64,000 nt of DNA from Prevotellamassilia sp. GTDB lineage: Bacteria > Bacteroidota > Bacteroidia > Bacteroidales > Bacteroidaceae. Location: positions 3,838 to 67,837 of the forward strand of contig VSQE01000004.1 of assembly GCA_009775705.1 (NCBI GenBank), read 5' to 3'. A program made the translations under genes and the position numbers. Below the pieces are notes generated by a model that saw nothing but the letters and a program-made list of their open reading frames with translations, did not search any database and had not been told where the DNA came from. Positions 21,328-30,170 of this stretch are shown here, piece after piece. Numbering within the stretch: position 1 is the stretch's first letter; each line of letters opens with the position of its first letter.

Positions 21328-21999
21328 ATGCCTGAAATAAAAATACATCCGTCCGATACGTTCAAAGCCATCTGTCCGCAATTCATCGGAGCCGCTCTTT
21401 TCGCCGAAGTGCGGAATCTTCCCACAAGCCCCACGCTCTGGGAGGAAATCCGTGCCTGCGGCAACGAACTGCGCACCCGGTTCACCACCGAAACGATCAA
21501 ACTGCGCAGCGGCATCCTTGCTACCCGCTCCGCCTACAAGGCCGCCGGAAAAGATCCGAGCCGCTACCACCCCGCCTGCGAACAGCTGGCCCGCCGTATT
21601 CTTCAGGGCAAAGACCTGTACTCCATTGACACGCTTGTCGATATCGGGAACCTCGTTTCCCTGCAAAGCGGCTATTCCACTGCCGCTCTCGATGCCGGCA
21701 AAATAGAGGGAAATGTCCTGCAACTGGATCTGGGCCGGAAAGACGAACCTTACGAAGGCATAGGCCGCGGAATGCTGAACATAGAGCATCTTCCCGTCTA
21801 CCGCGACAGCCTTGGCGGAATCGCCACCCCAACCAGCGACAGTGTACGCACGATGATTTCCCCGTCAACCACCCGCCTGCTCCTGCTCATCAACGGATAT
21901 GACGGAGCCGAAGACCGTGTGGAAGCAACCGTCCGCTTCGCGCAGGAACTGTTGTGCCGCCACGCCGGTTCGGACGGCGGACATTACCATTTCTATTAA
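21328..21999 (+). CDS. B3/B4 domain-containing protein (PheT-like tRNA-binding fold)
   Basis: Start at the internal ATG 21328 (MPEIKIHPSD...); resembles stand-alone B3/B4 domain proteins. Confidence 0.55.
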   Translation: MPEIKIHPSDTFKAICPQFIGAALFAEVRNLPTSPTLWEEIRACGNELRTRFTTETIKLRSGILATRSAYKAAGKDPSRYHPACEQLARRILQGKDLYSIDTLVDIGNLVSLQSGYSTAALDAGKIEGNVLQLDLGRKDEPYEGIGRGMLNIEHLPVYRDSLGGIATPTSDSVRTMISPSTTRLLLLINGYDGAEDRVEATVRFAQELLCRHAGSDGGHYHFY

Positions 22000-22021
22000 C
22001 TTCAGACCACGGCCCACAACC

Positions 22022-24997
22022 ATGAGTAGCATTCCCCGACTGAAAGATCTCGTTCTGCGGGACACACCTTTTGCAGAACTGATGAACAAACGCATTTACA
22101 ACGTCTTGCTCATCGCTACAAAATACGATGCCTTCATGCTCGAAGACGACGGACGCATAGACGAACAGATGTTCAACGAATACAGTTCACTGGGTCTCCG
22201 CTATCCGCCGCGCTTCACGCAGGTCACCACCGAGCAGGAGGCCATGGCAGAACTGGCCGACCGCAATTTCGAGCTGGTCATTGTCATGCCCAACATGGAC
22301 AACCGCGACATTTTCTCGGCTGCAAAGGAGATCAAGCTCCACTATCCCAATATCCCCATCGTGGTACTCACTCCCTTCTCCCGGGAAGTAAGCAAACGCA
22401 TCGAGGGGGAGGACCTTTCCAGCATAGACTACGTGTTCTCCTGGTTAGGAAATGCCGAGTTACTCATTGCCATCATCAAGCTGATCGAGGACAAATGGAA
22501 CGCGCCCAACGACTCGGCATCCGTAGGCGTACAGATCATACTGCTGGTGGAGGACTCCATCCGCTTCTATTCATCGGCCCTGCCGCACCTCTACCGTTTC
22601 GTCCTCGAACAAAGCCAGAACTTCTCGCAGGAAGCTCTCAACGATCATCTCAAGACCATGCGTATGCGCGGCCGTCCCAAGATCTTGCTGGCCCGCACCT
22701 ACGAGGAGGCCACTGCCATCTATGAACAATACAAGGACAACGTCCTGGGAGTTGTCTCGGACATGAGTTTCAAAAACGGCGGCAAGAAAGACCCTTTGGC
22801 CGGCTACAAACTTTGCAGCCGTTTCCGCGAATCCGACCCTCATCTGCCGCTGCTGCTGGAGTCGAGCGAGGACAGCGGAGCCGAATATGCCGGCCGTCTC
22901 CACGCCTCTTTCATCAGCAAAAACTCCAAAAGCTATCCGCAGGACCTGCGGCACGAGATCATGGCTCATTTCGGATTCGGAGACTTCGTCATCGTCAATC
23001 CTTCGACCGGCCGGGAAATCATGCGCATCCGCGACTTGAAGGACCTGCAAAAGAAGCTCTACCAGATTCCCGACGAAGCGTTGCGCCACCATCTCTCCCA
23101 CAACCATTTCTCCCGCTTCTTCTTCTCACGGGCCATGTTTCCGCCCGCCGTCATCCTGAAAAAGGTGGATGTCTGCGACTACGACCACATGGAACAGGCC
23201 CGTCAGCTCATCTCCGATCTCATCGTGGGCTACCGCAAGATGAAAAACGAAGGTGTCGTGGCCATCTACCAGAAAGAACGTTTCGACGAATACAGCAACT
23301 TCGCCCGCATCGGCAACGGATCGCTCGGGGGCAAAGGCCGCGGCCTGGCCTTCATGGGCACCATGGTCAAACGCTATCCGAAACTGGAAAGCGAGAACTT
23401 CACGGTAGACATCCCCAAGACCGTAGTCATCTGTACCGACATCTTCGACGAGTTCATGGAGAGCAACAATCTTTACCCCATCGCCCTCTCGCCCGACGCT
23501 TCCGATGAAGACATCCTCTCCGCCTTCGAACAGGCACAGTTGCCCGAGCATCTGCTCGACGATCTCATGGCTCTCTTCAAAGTGGTACACCACCCCATAG
23601 CCGTCCGCTCGTCAAGCCTGCTGGAGGATTCGCACTACCAGCCGTTCGCCGGCATCTACTCCACCTACATGATTCCCCGCGTACAGGAAAAGGAAACCAT
23701 GCTCCACCTGTTGCGGTCTGCCATCAAGGCGGTCTACGCCTCGGTGTTCTACCGCGACAGCAAGGCCTACCTCACCGCCACGCAGAATCTGATAGACCAG
23801 GAAAAAATGGCCATTGTGCTTCAGGAAGTCGTAGGATCTCCCCACGGTGCCCCCGAAAGCCCGGCCGCCTGCTTCTACCCGACCCTGTCCGGAGTGGCCC
23901 GTTCACTCAACTTCTACCCCATCGGCGAGGAGAAAGCGGAAGACGGCATCGCCAACATCGCCCTGGGACTGGGAAAATACATCGTCGACGGCGGACTTAC
24001 CCTCCGATTCTCCCCCCGCCATCCGCGCCACATCCTCCAGCTCAGTTCCACCGACATGGCCCTGCGCGAGACACAGCGCATCTTCTACGCCCTCGATACG
24101 GACTATTCCGGAGCAGACTTCCATACGGATGATGCCTTCAACCTGAAACGCCTCAACCTGAAAGACGCCGACGCGCACGGCACCCTCCGGCTCATCTCCT
24201 CAACCTACGATCCGCAAGACCAGACCATACGGGAAGGCTATTATCCCGGCGGAAGGAAAATCATCTCCTACACCAACATCCTGCAACACGGACTGTACCC
24301 GCTGGCCCCTACCATAGACCGCCTGCTATCCATCGGGGCAAAAGAAATGGGCCGTCCCGTCGAGATAGAATTTGCCATGAACATCGAGAACGGCACCGCC
24401 CACTTCTTCCTGCTCCAGATACGCCCCATCGTAGACAGCAAGGACACCGTCGACGAAGACCTCAGCCTCATTCCGGACGAGCGGTGCATCGTCAATGCCC
24501 GCAGCGCGCTGGGCAACGGCACCGTCAACGACGTGCAGGACGTCATTTATGTAAAATCCTCTGCCTTCGATCCGGGACAAAGTCAGCTCATCGCCCGCGA
24601 GATAGAAAAACTGAACCGCGGTTTCGCTGCCGATGACAGCGGCTACGTGCTCATCGGCCCGGGCCGTTGGGGCAGCAGCGATCCCTGGCTCGGCATTCCC
24701 GTGAAATGGCCCCACATCAGCCAGGCCCGCGTCATCGTGGAATGCGGCTTGCAGCACTATCGCGTGGACCCAAGCCAGGGCACCCACTTCTTCCAGAACC
24801 TGACATCCTTCGGAGTAGGCTATCTCACTATCAACCCCTACCGCAACGACGGGCTTTTCGACGAGGAGTATCTGGATGCCTTGCCCGCCCTCGCCGAGAC
24901 GGAATACGTCCGCCACGTCCGCCTGCCACGTCCCGCCGTCATCAAAATGGATGGCCGCCACAGCCGTGCCGTAGTGTTGAAAGCCGAAAACGAATGA
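22022..24997 (+). CDS. PEP/pyruvate-binding (PPDK_N ATP-grasp) domain protein with two N-terminal receiver-like modules
   Basis: Start at ATG 22022 (MSSIPRLKDLVLRD). The N-terminal modules are NVLLIATKYD and IILLVEDS. GGKGRGLAFMG and VRSSSLLEDSHYQPFAGIYSTY motifs. Confidence 0.75.
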   Translation: MSSIPRLKDLVLRDTPFAELMNKRIYNVLLIATKYDAFMLEDDGRIDEQMFNEYSSLGLRYPPRFTQVTTEQEAMAELADRNFELVIVMPNMDNRDIFSAAKEIKLHYPNIPIVVLTPFSREVSKRIEGEDLSSIDYVFSWLGNAELLIAIIKLIEDKWNAPNDSASVGVQIILLVEDSIRFYSSALPHLYRFVLEQSQNFSQEALNDHLKTMRMRGRPKILLARTYEEATAIYEQYKDNVLGVVSDMSFKNGGKKDPLAGYKLCSRFRESDPHLPLLLESSEDSGAEYAGRLHASFISKNSKSYPQDLRHEIMAHFGFGDFVIVNPSTGREIMRIRDLKDLQKKLYQIPDEALRHHLSHNHFSRFFFSRAMFPPAVILKKVDVCDYDHMEQARQLISDLIVGYRKMKNEGVVAIYQKERFDEYSNFARIGNGSLGGKGRGLAFMGTMVKRYPKLESENFTVDIPKTVVICTDIFDEFMESNNLYPIALSPDASDEDILSAFEQAQLPEHLLDDLMALFKVVHHPIAVRSSSLLEDSHYQPFAGIYSTYMIPRVQEKETMLHLLRSAIKAVYASVFYRDSKAYLTATQNLIDQEKMAIVLQEVVGSPHGAPESPAACFYPTLSGVARSLNFYPIGEEKAEDGIANIALGLGKYIVDGGLTLRFSPRHPRHILQLSSTDMALRETQRIFYALDTDYSGADFHTDDAFNLKRLNLKDADAHGTLRLISSTYDPQDQTIREGYYPGGRKIISYTNILQHGLYPLAPTIDRLLSIGAKEMGRPVEIEFAMNIENGTAHFFLLQIRPIVDSKDTVDEDLSLIPDERCIVNARSALGNGTVNDVQDVIYVKSSAFDPGQSQLIAREIEKLNRGFAADDSGYVLIGPGRWGSSDPWLGIPVKWPHISQARVIVECGLQHYRVDPSQGTHFFQNLTSFGVGYLTINPYRNDGLFDEEYLDALPALAETEYVRHVRLPRPAVIKMDGRHSRAVVLKAENE

Positions 24998-25028
24998 CAA
25001 ACCGATTTCGTCATCTCACATTTTTTCT

Positions 25029-25036
25029 GTATTTTT
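25029..25036 (+). promoter_or_regulatory. candidate -7 box for the small lipoprotein gene
   Basis: TATTTTTG, 30 nt upstream of the ATG at 25067. Confidence 0.4.
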
Positions 25037-25066
25037 GTCCATCATCTCCAAACAAAAGAAGAAATC

Positions 25067-25471
25067 ATGAAAACCCTGCAACATTCCGTAAGCATCACCC
25101 TGATGGTTCTGGCCTCTCTTTTCGCGTTCACCTCGTGCGAGGACGATGATGACCGATGGGCCACCGAAGTTCTTGAAGGCGAATGGATCATAACCGACGT
25201 CCTGCCCCGTTACGGCGAATGTCCCTACCGCTACGGCGACATCATCTACTTTTTCGCCAACGGCCGGCTGAGGGCTTTCGACCACAGCGGCGATCTGGAT
25301 GAGGAGGGCTATTGGGAAGTGCGGCACGGTTATCTCTACATCGACTTCGACCTTGACGGCCGCGATGACCTGGTCGCTACCATCCGCGAACTGGACTACG
25401 GTTATTTGGAACTGGGTGTGACGGACTATATATACGAATCGAAATATAGTCTGCGCATCGTCCGCGACTGA
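25067..25471 (+). CDS. small hypothetical lipoprotein
   Basis: 134 aa; signal peptide with lipobox LFAFTSC followed by an acidic stretch EDDDD. Confidence 0.6.
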   Translation: MKTLQHSVSITLMVLASLFAFTSCEDDDDRWATEVLEGEWIITDVLPRYGECPYRYGDIIYFFANGRLRAFDHSGDLDEEGYWEVRHGYLYIDFDLDGRDDLVATIRELDYGYLELGVTDYIYESKYSLRIVRD

Positions 25472-25497
25472 GCGGGACCAACCGGAAAAAGACCTCG

Positions 25498-25524
25498 AAA
25501 AAGCCGCTGCATCGCGGCTTTTTT
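25498..25524 (+). terminator. intrinsic terminator after the lipoprotein gene
   Basis: AAAAAGCCGC-TGCATC-GCGGCTTTTTT. Confidence 0.7.
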
Positions 25525-25760
25525 CAATGGGAAACAGGACCTGTCCACTGCCAATTCCTAAAAGCCCATCCAAAAGGGCCTGTCTGATTCTTTGGAAAAA
25601 TTTTCTTATACAAGATTTAACGCATACATCCAAAGTTTAACTTTAAACTTTTTTGGAAAACGAACGGAAACGGACCTTTTTTTCACAACATAGTATCTTT
25701 TTTGAAAAAGATAGGACCTTTTTTCAACAAGATCCTATGTTTTTTTCACGTTAAGCAACG

Positions 25761-25806
25761 AAAAAAACCGCCCGTTAGGCGGCTTTTCAGGGTTCTTCTA
25801 CTTTGC
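25761..25806 (-). ncRNA. candidate ~45-nt sRNA (module copy A)
   Basis: Predicted TSS a few nt after the -7 box, then AGCAAAGTAGAAGAACCCTG followed by hairpin AAAAGCCGCC-TAACG-GGCGGTTTTTTT. Confidence 0.3.
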
Positions 25807-25811
25807 TGGTG

Positions 25812-25843
25812 CAAATATAATACATCAAGGAACGAAATCCAAA
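25812..25843 (-). promoter_or_regulatory. canonical Bacteroidetes promoter inside module copy A
   Basis: Minus strand TTTG (25843-25840), 20 nt spacer, TATATTTG (25819-25812). Identical architecture in copy B. Confidence 0.55.
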
Positions 25844-25981
25844 CACTGTTTAACGTTCGTTTACATTCAGACCGAAACTCCCGTTTTCCCAATCGACGCC
25901 AAACATGAAACGACTCCCTCCATTTCCGCAGGCAAAAATACTTCAGAATAGCCGCACATGCTGAGGAAGAACCAGACAGGC

Positions 25982-26611
25982 CTACCGGGATTCCGTCATC
26001 TCCGCACCGTTCCACCGGCGCACCACCTGACGCAAACAACGCGCTGCGTCCTCACGGTCCTCAGGCGAAAGATGGGAAACCGAAACCGAGAAATTCAGTT
26101 CGGGAGCATCGGGCGACCAGCGTGCCTCGACATGTACGGGCTGCAGCTTTGCCAGCAGTTCCGCCCTGCGCTCTTCGGAGATGCTGTCGGCAGGCTGCCA
26201 GAAATCCTGCAACGGAGGACATCCAAACCCTGCACCCTCCACCGTTTTCCAGTCCGAGGCATACAGCGCGATCCGGCTTTCGGTTGCCCCGCTCCGCAAC
26301 GAGTGGACGCAGGCATAAATCCAATCCCCGCCAAGAGGGAGACATTTCAGTTCCCAATGGCTCACTTCGGTCAGGCGGAGACGAAGATAGTCATCCGTTT
26401 TCGCCAACAGGACGGACGAACCTCCGAACACATTCTCCACCTTTGCCTGGATTTTATAGTTATAAAGGTCCAGCATGTCCAAGCGGGGATTCCGCTCCAG
26501 CAAGGGCAACACCTCTAACGGCATCCGCGCAAAAACGCTGTCTACCGGCTGGCAGACGGCTCCGCTCCATGATGCGGACAGAAGGACAACAGACAGCAGC
26601 ATCTTTTTCAT
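25982..26611 (-). CDS. DUF3256-like secreted protein
   Basis: Signal peptide MKKMLLSVVLLSASWSGAVC. Start chosen at 26611 because a TAAGTTTG -7 box lies inside the longer ORF (to 26629). Confidence 0.55.
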   Translation of the reverse strand: MKKMLLSVVLLSASWSGAVCQPVDSVFARMPLEVLPLLERNPRLDMLDLYNYKIQAKVENVFGGSSVLLAKTDDYLRLRLTEVSHWELKCLPLGGDWIYACVHSLRSGATESRIALYASDWKTVEGAGFGCPPLQDFWQPADSISEERRAELLAKLQPVHVEARWSPDAPELNFSVSVSHLSPEDREDAARCLRQVVRRWNGAEMTESR

Positions 26612-26726
26612 ACCGGCAAACTTAGTCATTTTTTTCGAGTTGGCCTATTTTTCGGACAAAAGCCGGACCGGCCGGCCGCTTTTTTTGCGAAAATCAACCC
26701 GGAAAAAGAAAAAACACCACGAAACG

Positions 26727-26758
26727 TTTGCCTCTCTCTCCGGAAAGTCGTATCTTTG
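26727..26758 (+). promoter_or_regulatory. promoter of rpmE
   Basis: TTTG (26727-26730), 20 nt spacer, TATCTTTG (26751-26758); ~75 nt 5'UTR. Confidence 0.55.
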
Positions 26759-26832
26759 CACAGAAATCAGACCATTACACAAATTGTTACCAGCAATTTA
26801 ATTAACGATAAAACAAAACAGACCATACGACA

Positions 26833-27087
26833 ATGAAAAAAGGCATTCATCCCGAAAACTATCGTCCCGTAGTATTCAAAGACATGAGCAACGGTGACAT
26901 GTTTCTCTCCCGCTCTACGTGCAAAACGAACGACACCGTAGAATTCGAAGGAGAGACCTATCCGGTTGTAAAACTTGAAATCTCCAGTTCTTCTCACCCG
27001 TTCTACACTGGCAAGTCCAAACTCGTGGATACCGCAGGACGCGTTGACAAGTTCATGAGCCGCTACGGACAGTCCCGCAAGAAGTAA
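26833..27087 (+). CDS. rpmE: 50S ribosomal protein L31 (type B, no CxxC)
   Basis: [10 protein letters not shown]...HPFYTGK. Confidence 0.92.
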   Translation: MKKGIHPENYRPVVFKDMSNGDMFLSRSTCKTNDTVEFEGETYPVVKLEISSSSHPFYTGKSKLVDTAGRVDKFMSRYGQSRKK

Positions 27088-27203
27088 AAGGAAAACTGCC
27101 GCAATTTTTTAATAGAGGATCCAAAGATCATACATATTGGGAACGGGAGTGTCTGAAAAAGATACTCCCGTTCCCGTTTCTCAGCCACACCATCCCTCCA
27201 AAA

Positions 27204-28418
27204 ATGAAAAACCGAAATCCCCGTCATGTTCTGGAACTGCGCTGTCCTCCCCTGCCCGTTGTACGCATCGGCCTCATCGGTCTGGGACAACGCGGAATGA
27301 AGACCCTCGAACGCTATGCCTTCATCCAGGGAGCCGAAATACGCTATCTGGTCGACATAGACCGCGACAGACTGGAAGCCGCCAACCGGAAACTCTCGGA
27401 CAGCGGACGTCCACAGGCCGGACTGATGGAGGGAAAGGAGGCATGGAAGGAACTGTGCCGGCAACGGGACATCGACCTGATCTATATCTGCACGGACTGG
27501 CAGACACACTGCGAAATGGCCGTCGAGGCCATGACATGCGGAAAGCATGTGGCCGTAGAAGTGCCCGCGGCACGGACGCTGGAGGAATGCCGCCTGCTCG
27601 TGCATACCGCCGAGGAAACACGCCGGCACTGCTTCATGACGGAAAACTGCTGCTACGACTCCTTCACCCTTGCCACCCTCGAAATGCAACGCCACGGAAA
27701 ACTGGGAAAAATCACCCATTGCGAAGGGGCATACATACACGACCTGCGCGATGTTTTCGGGCTGACAGGCACACAAGGCAACTCCACGCGTCAATGGATG
27801 GAACGCAGTTGTGCCCTGCATGGCGGGAATTCCTACCCCACCCATGGGATAGGCCCGATAGGATGGCTCCTCAACCTGCACCGGGGCGACCGCATGGACT
27901 ATCTGGTATCGCTCACCTCACAAGGCGGCGGACCGGACGAGCTGCTGGGAAGGGTCAATTCGACACTGATCCATACGGTACGGGGCATAAGCATCCTGCT
28001 ACAACTGGATGTCACCACACCGCGCCCATACAGCCGCTTGCAAACCGTTTGCGGAACTACCGGATTCGTTCAGAAATATCCCGTCCCCACCGTACAGACA
28101 ATAGACACGGGCCATCCCCTTACAGCAAGTTCCGCTCTGGAGGAGATGGAGAAATATGCCACAGGTCCAGCCTCGGAAATATGGAAAGAGGGGCACGCCA
28201 TGGGTGTTCCCAATGAAATGAACTATACCATGGACCGCAGGCTGATTCACTGCCTGCGCAACGGTCTGCCACTGGATATTGATGTATACGATGCCGCGGA
28301 ATGGTCTTGCCTGTCCGAACTCAGCCAACTGTCGGCACGCGAGGGCAGCCGGCCGGTCAGCATCCCGGACTTCACGAACGGACACTGGGAGGAGACAAAG
28401 GAACACCGCTTCTTTTAA
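27204..28418 (+). CDS. Gfo/Idh/MocA family oxidoreductase (GH109-like)
   Basis: Rossmann VRIGLIGLGQRG; 404 aa. Confidence 0.7.
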   Translation: MKNRNPRHVLELRCPPLPVVRIGLIGLGQRGMKTLERYAFIQGAEIRYLVDIDRDRLEAANRKLSDSGRPQAGLMEGKEAWKELCRQRDIDLIYICTDWQTHCEMAVEAMTCGKHVAVEVPAARTLEECRLLVHTAEETRRHCFMTENCCYDSFTLATLEMQRHGKLGKITHCEGAYIHDLRDVFGLTGTQGNSTRQWMERSCALHGGNSYPTHGIGPIGWLLNLHRGDRMDYLVSLTSQGGGPDELLGRVNSTLIHTVRGISILLQLDVTTPRPYSRLQTVCGTTGFVQKYPVPTVQTIDTGHPLTASSALEEMEKYATGPASEIWKEGHAMGVPNEMNYTMDRRLIHCLRNGLPLDIDVYDAAEWSCLSELSQLSAREGSRPVSIPDFTNGHWEETKEHRFF

Positions 28419-29332
28419 GTCAAGGTCCCGACATACAGGCACACCATTCCCAAAAGGACCAATAACAGATCGACAGCCTTTTCCCGCAAATTCTTTTCGC
28501 GGAACACCAACGCCCCGAAAAGAAACGAAACCAGCACACTGCTGCGTCTCACCATCGAAACCAATGCGATCATGACACCCGGCAGGCTCAGCGCATAGAA
28601 ATAGGACAAATCGGCCAGCGTAAGGAATACGGAGATAAAAAGAATGCTCCATCGCCACTCGAAAGACTGCCTCCGCACCGACTTGCGGAAAGCCAGATAC
28701 ACACCGGCCATCATCAGCAACTGATACAGATTATACCAGCTCTGCACAAACATCCGGTTCAGCCCGGCACCGCCTTCCGAAACGGAAGCCATCAGATATT
28801 TGTCGTAAAGTCCGCTCAGAGAACCCAGAAGGGCCGCGGCCAACAGGAAATAGATCCACCGGTTCCGGGAAAAACGGATGCCTTCTTTCTTTCCACTTCT
28901 GCTCAGCAGGAAGAAAGAGACTACGGCAAGCGTCACTCCCGCCCACTGCCAGCCATTCAGCCTCTCGCCGAAAATCAGCAGAGCGCCAACAAGCGTCATG
29001 ACCGGACGTGTGGCATTGACAGGCCCCACAATCGTCAGAGGCAAATGTTTCATAGCCAGATAACCGCACAGCCACGACGAAAGTACAATCAGGGACTTCA
29101 CCACAATGTATGTGTGCGAAGACAAATCGCCCAATGGTATGAAATACCGGCTCGCAGACGGCAGAAAACCGCCTGCCGAAGCCACCATCAGGGGCAGAAA
29201 AAAAGCGGAGCAGATACCGGTATTCAACAGCAGGACCGGTATGACGGCATTATCACGGAGAGAGCGTTTCTTGAACACATCATAGAAACCCAGCAATGCC
29301 GCAGACAGAAAAGCAAAGAACAACCACATCAC
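28415..29332 (-). CDS. EamA/DMT family transporter
   Basis: 305 aa, ~10 TM segments, duplicated EamA-like halves. Confidence 0.75.
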   Translation of the reverse strand: MMWLFFAFLSAALLGFYDVFKKRSLRDNAVIPVLLLNTGICSAFFLPLMVASAGGFLPSASRYFIPLGDLSSHTYIVVKSLIVLSSWLCGYLAMKHLPLTIVGPVNATRPVMTLVGALLIFGERLNGWQWAGVTLAVVSFFLLSRSGKKEGIRFSRNRWIYFLLAAALLGSLSGLYDKYLMASVSEGGAGLNRMFVQSWYNLYQLLMMAGVYLAFRKSVRRQSFEWRWSILFISVFLTLADLSYFYALSLPGVMIALVSMVRRSSVLVSFLFGALVFREKNLREKAVDLLLVLLGMVCLYVGTLT

Positions 29333-29343
29333 GCGCCGGCTTT

Positions 29344-30093
29344 CTAATCGAGAAACAAATCTTCAGGGTAAGCTATATCAACCAACGAAAGGGCGTTTCC
29401 GGGCACGGAGTCGCCGGCCGCACAACGGTTCCTGCGCTCTATCACGGCCGCGAACTCTTCAATGTCCATGCGCCCGCGACCCACTTCAAGGAGCGTCCCC
29501 ACCACGGCGCGCACCATATTGCGCAAAAAACGGTCGGCCGTTATCTCGAAACGCCAGCAGTCCTCATCCACACGCACCCAACGGGCCTGCGTCACCTTGC
29601 AGAAATTCGTCTTCGCATCCGTATGCAACTTACTGAAACTGGTAAAGTCCCGGGTCTCAGGCAAAAGACGCGCGGCACGGTTCATCCGCTCATAGTCCGG
29701 AGTGAAGAACAACCGCGTGGCGAAATGACGGCGGAAAGGATCCTTCCGCGTATACACATAATAATGGTACGTGCGTGACAGGGCGTCAAAACGGGCGTGG
29801 GCATCACTCCGCACCGGACGCACCCGCCCTATGGAAATATCCGGAGGCAGCAGACGGTTCAATTTATCGGCCAGACGATTCGTGTCTATTTCCAGATCCG
29901 TATCGAAATGCGCGGCCAGCATACGGGCATGCACTCCGGTATCGGTGCGTCCGGCACCTACAACCTCAACAGCACTCCTCAGCAACGTGGAAAGTGCCTC
30001 ATTAAGCCGTTGTTGCACACTGACGGCATTGGGCTGTATCTGCCAACCGTGATAGGCTGTCCCGTCATAGGAAAGAAAAATAAAATAGCGCAT
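29344..30093 (-). CDS. truA: tRNA pseudouridine(38-40) synthase
   Basis: Start at ATG 30093 (MRYFIFLSYDGTAYHGWQIQ); GAGRTDTGVHA catalytic motif. Confidence 0.9.
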   Translation of the reverse strand: MRYFIFLSYDGTAYHGWQIQPNAVSVQQRLNEALSTLLRSAVEVVGAGRTDTGVHARMLAAHFDTDLEIDTNRLADKLNRLLPPDISIGRVRPVRSDAHARFDALSRTYHYYVYTRKDPFRRHFATRLFFTPDYERMNRAARLLPETRDFTSFSKLHTDAKTNFCKVTQARWVRVDEDCWRFEITADRFLRNMVRAVVGTLLEVGRGRMDIEEFAAVIERRNRCAAGDSVPGNALSLVDIAYPEDLFLD

Positions 30094-30104
30094 CGGTTTC
30101 CATG

Positions 30105-30148
30105 ATAAAAAATGTGCCGCCACACCTTTGCAGGAGAGCAGCACATTC
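30105..30148 (-). terminator. intrinsic terminator after rplI
   Basis: Minus strand AATGTGCTGC ... GCGGCACATT followed by TTTTTT. Confidence 0.55.
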
Positions 30149-30170
30149 TATTGTTTTTTCAGTTGTGTCC

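Larger units (their letters stand above)
25621..25878. repeat. ~260-bp intergenic module, copy A
   Basis: Collinear, same-orientation similarity to 55092-55366, starting at CGCATACAT and ending at ACATTCAG(G)ACC. Confidence 0.85.

Noticed and set aside
25635-25756. Integron attC-like reading of the module (inverse core GTTTAAC at 25635-25641 and core GTTAAGC at 25750-25756, both conserved in copy B, downstream of small orphan genes)
   Set aside because: The sequences adjacent to the two cores are both T-rich rather than complementary, so the R''/L''-L'/R' hairpin required of attC cannot form. No integron integrase is present.
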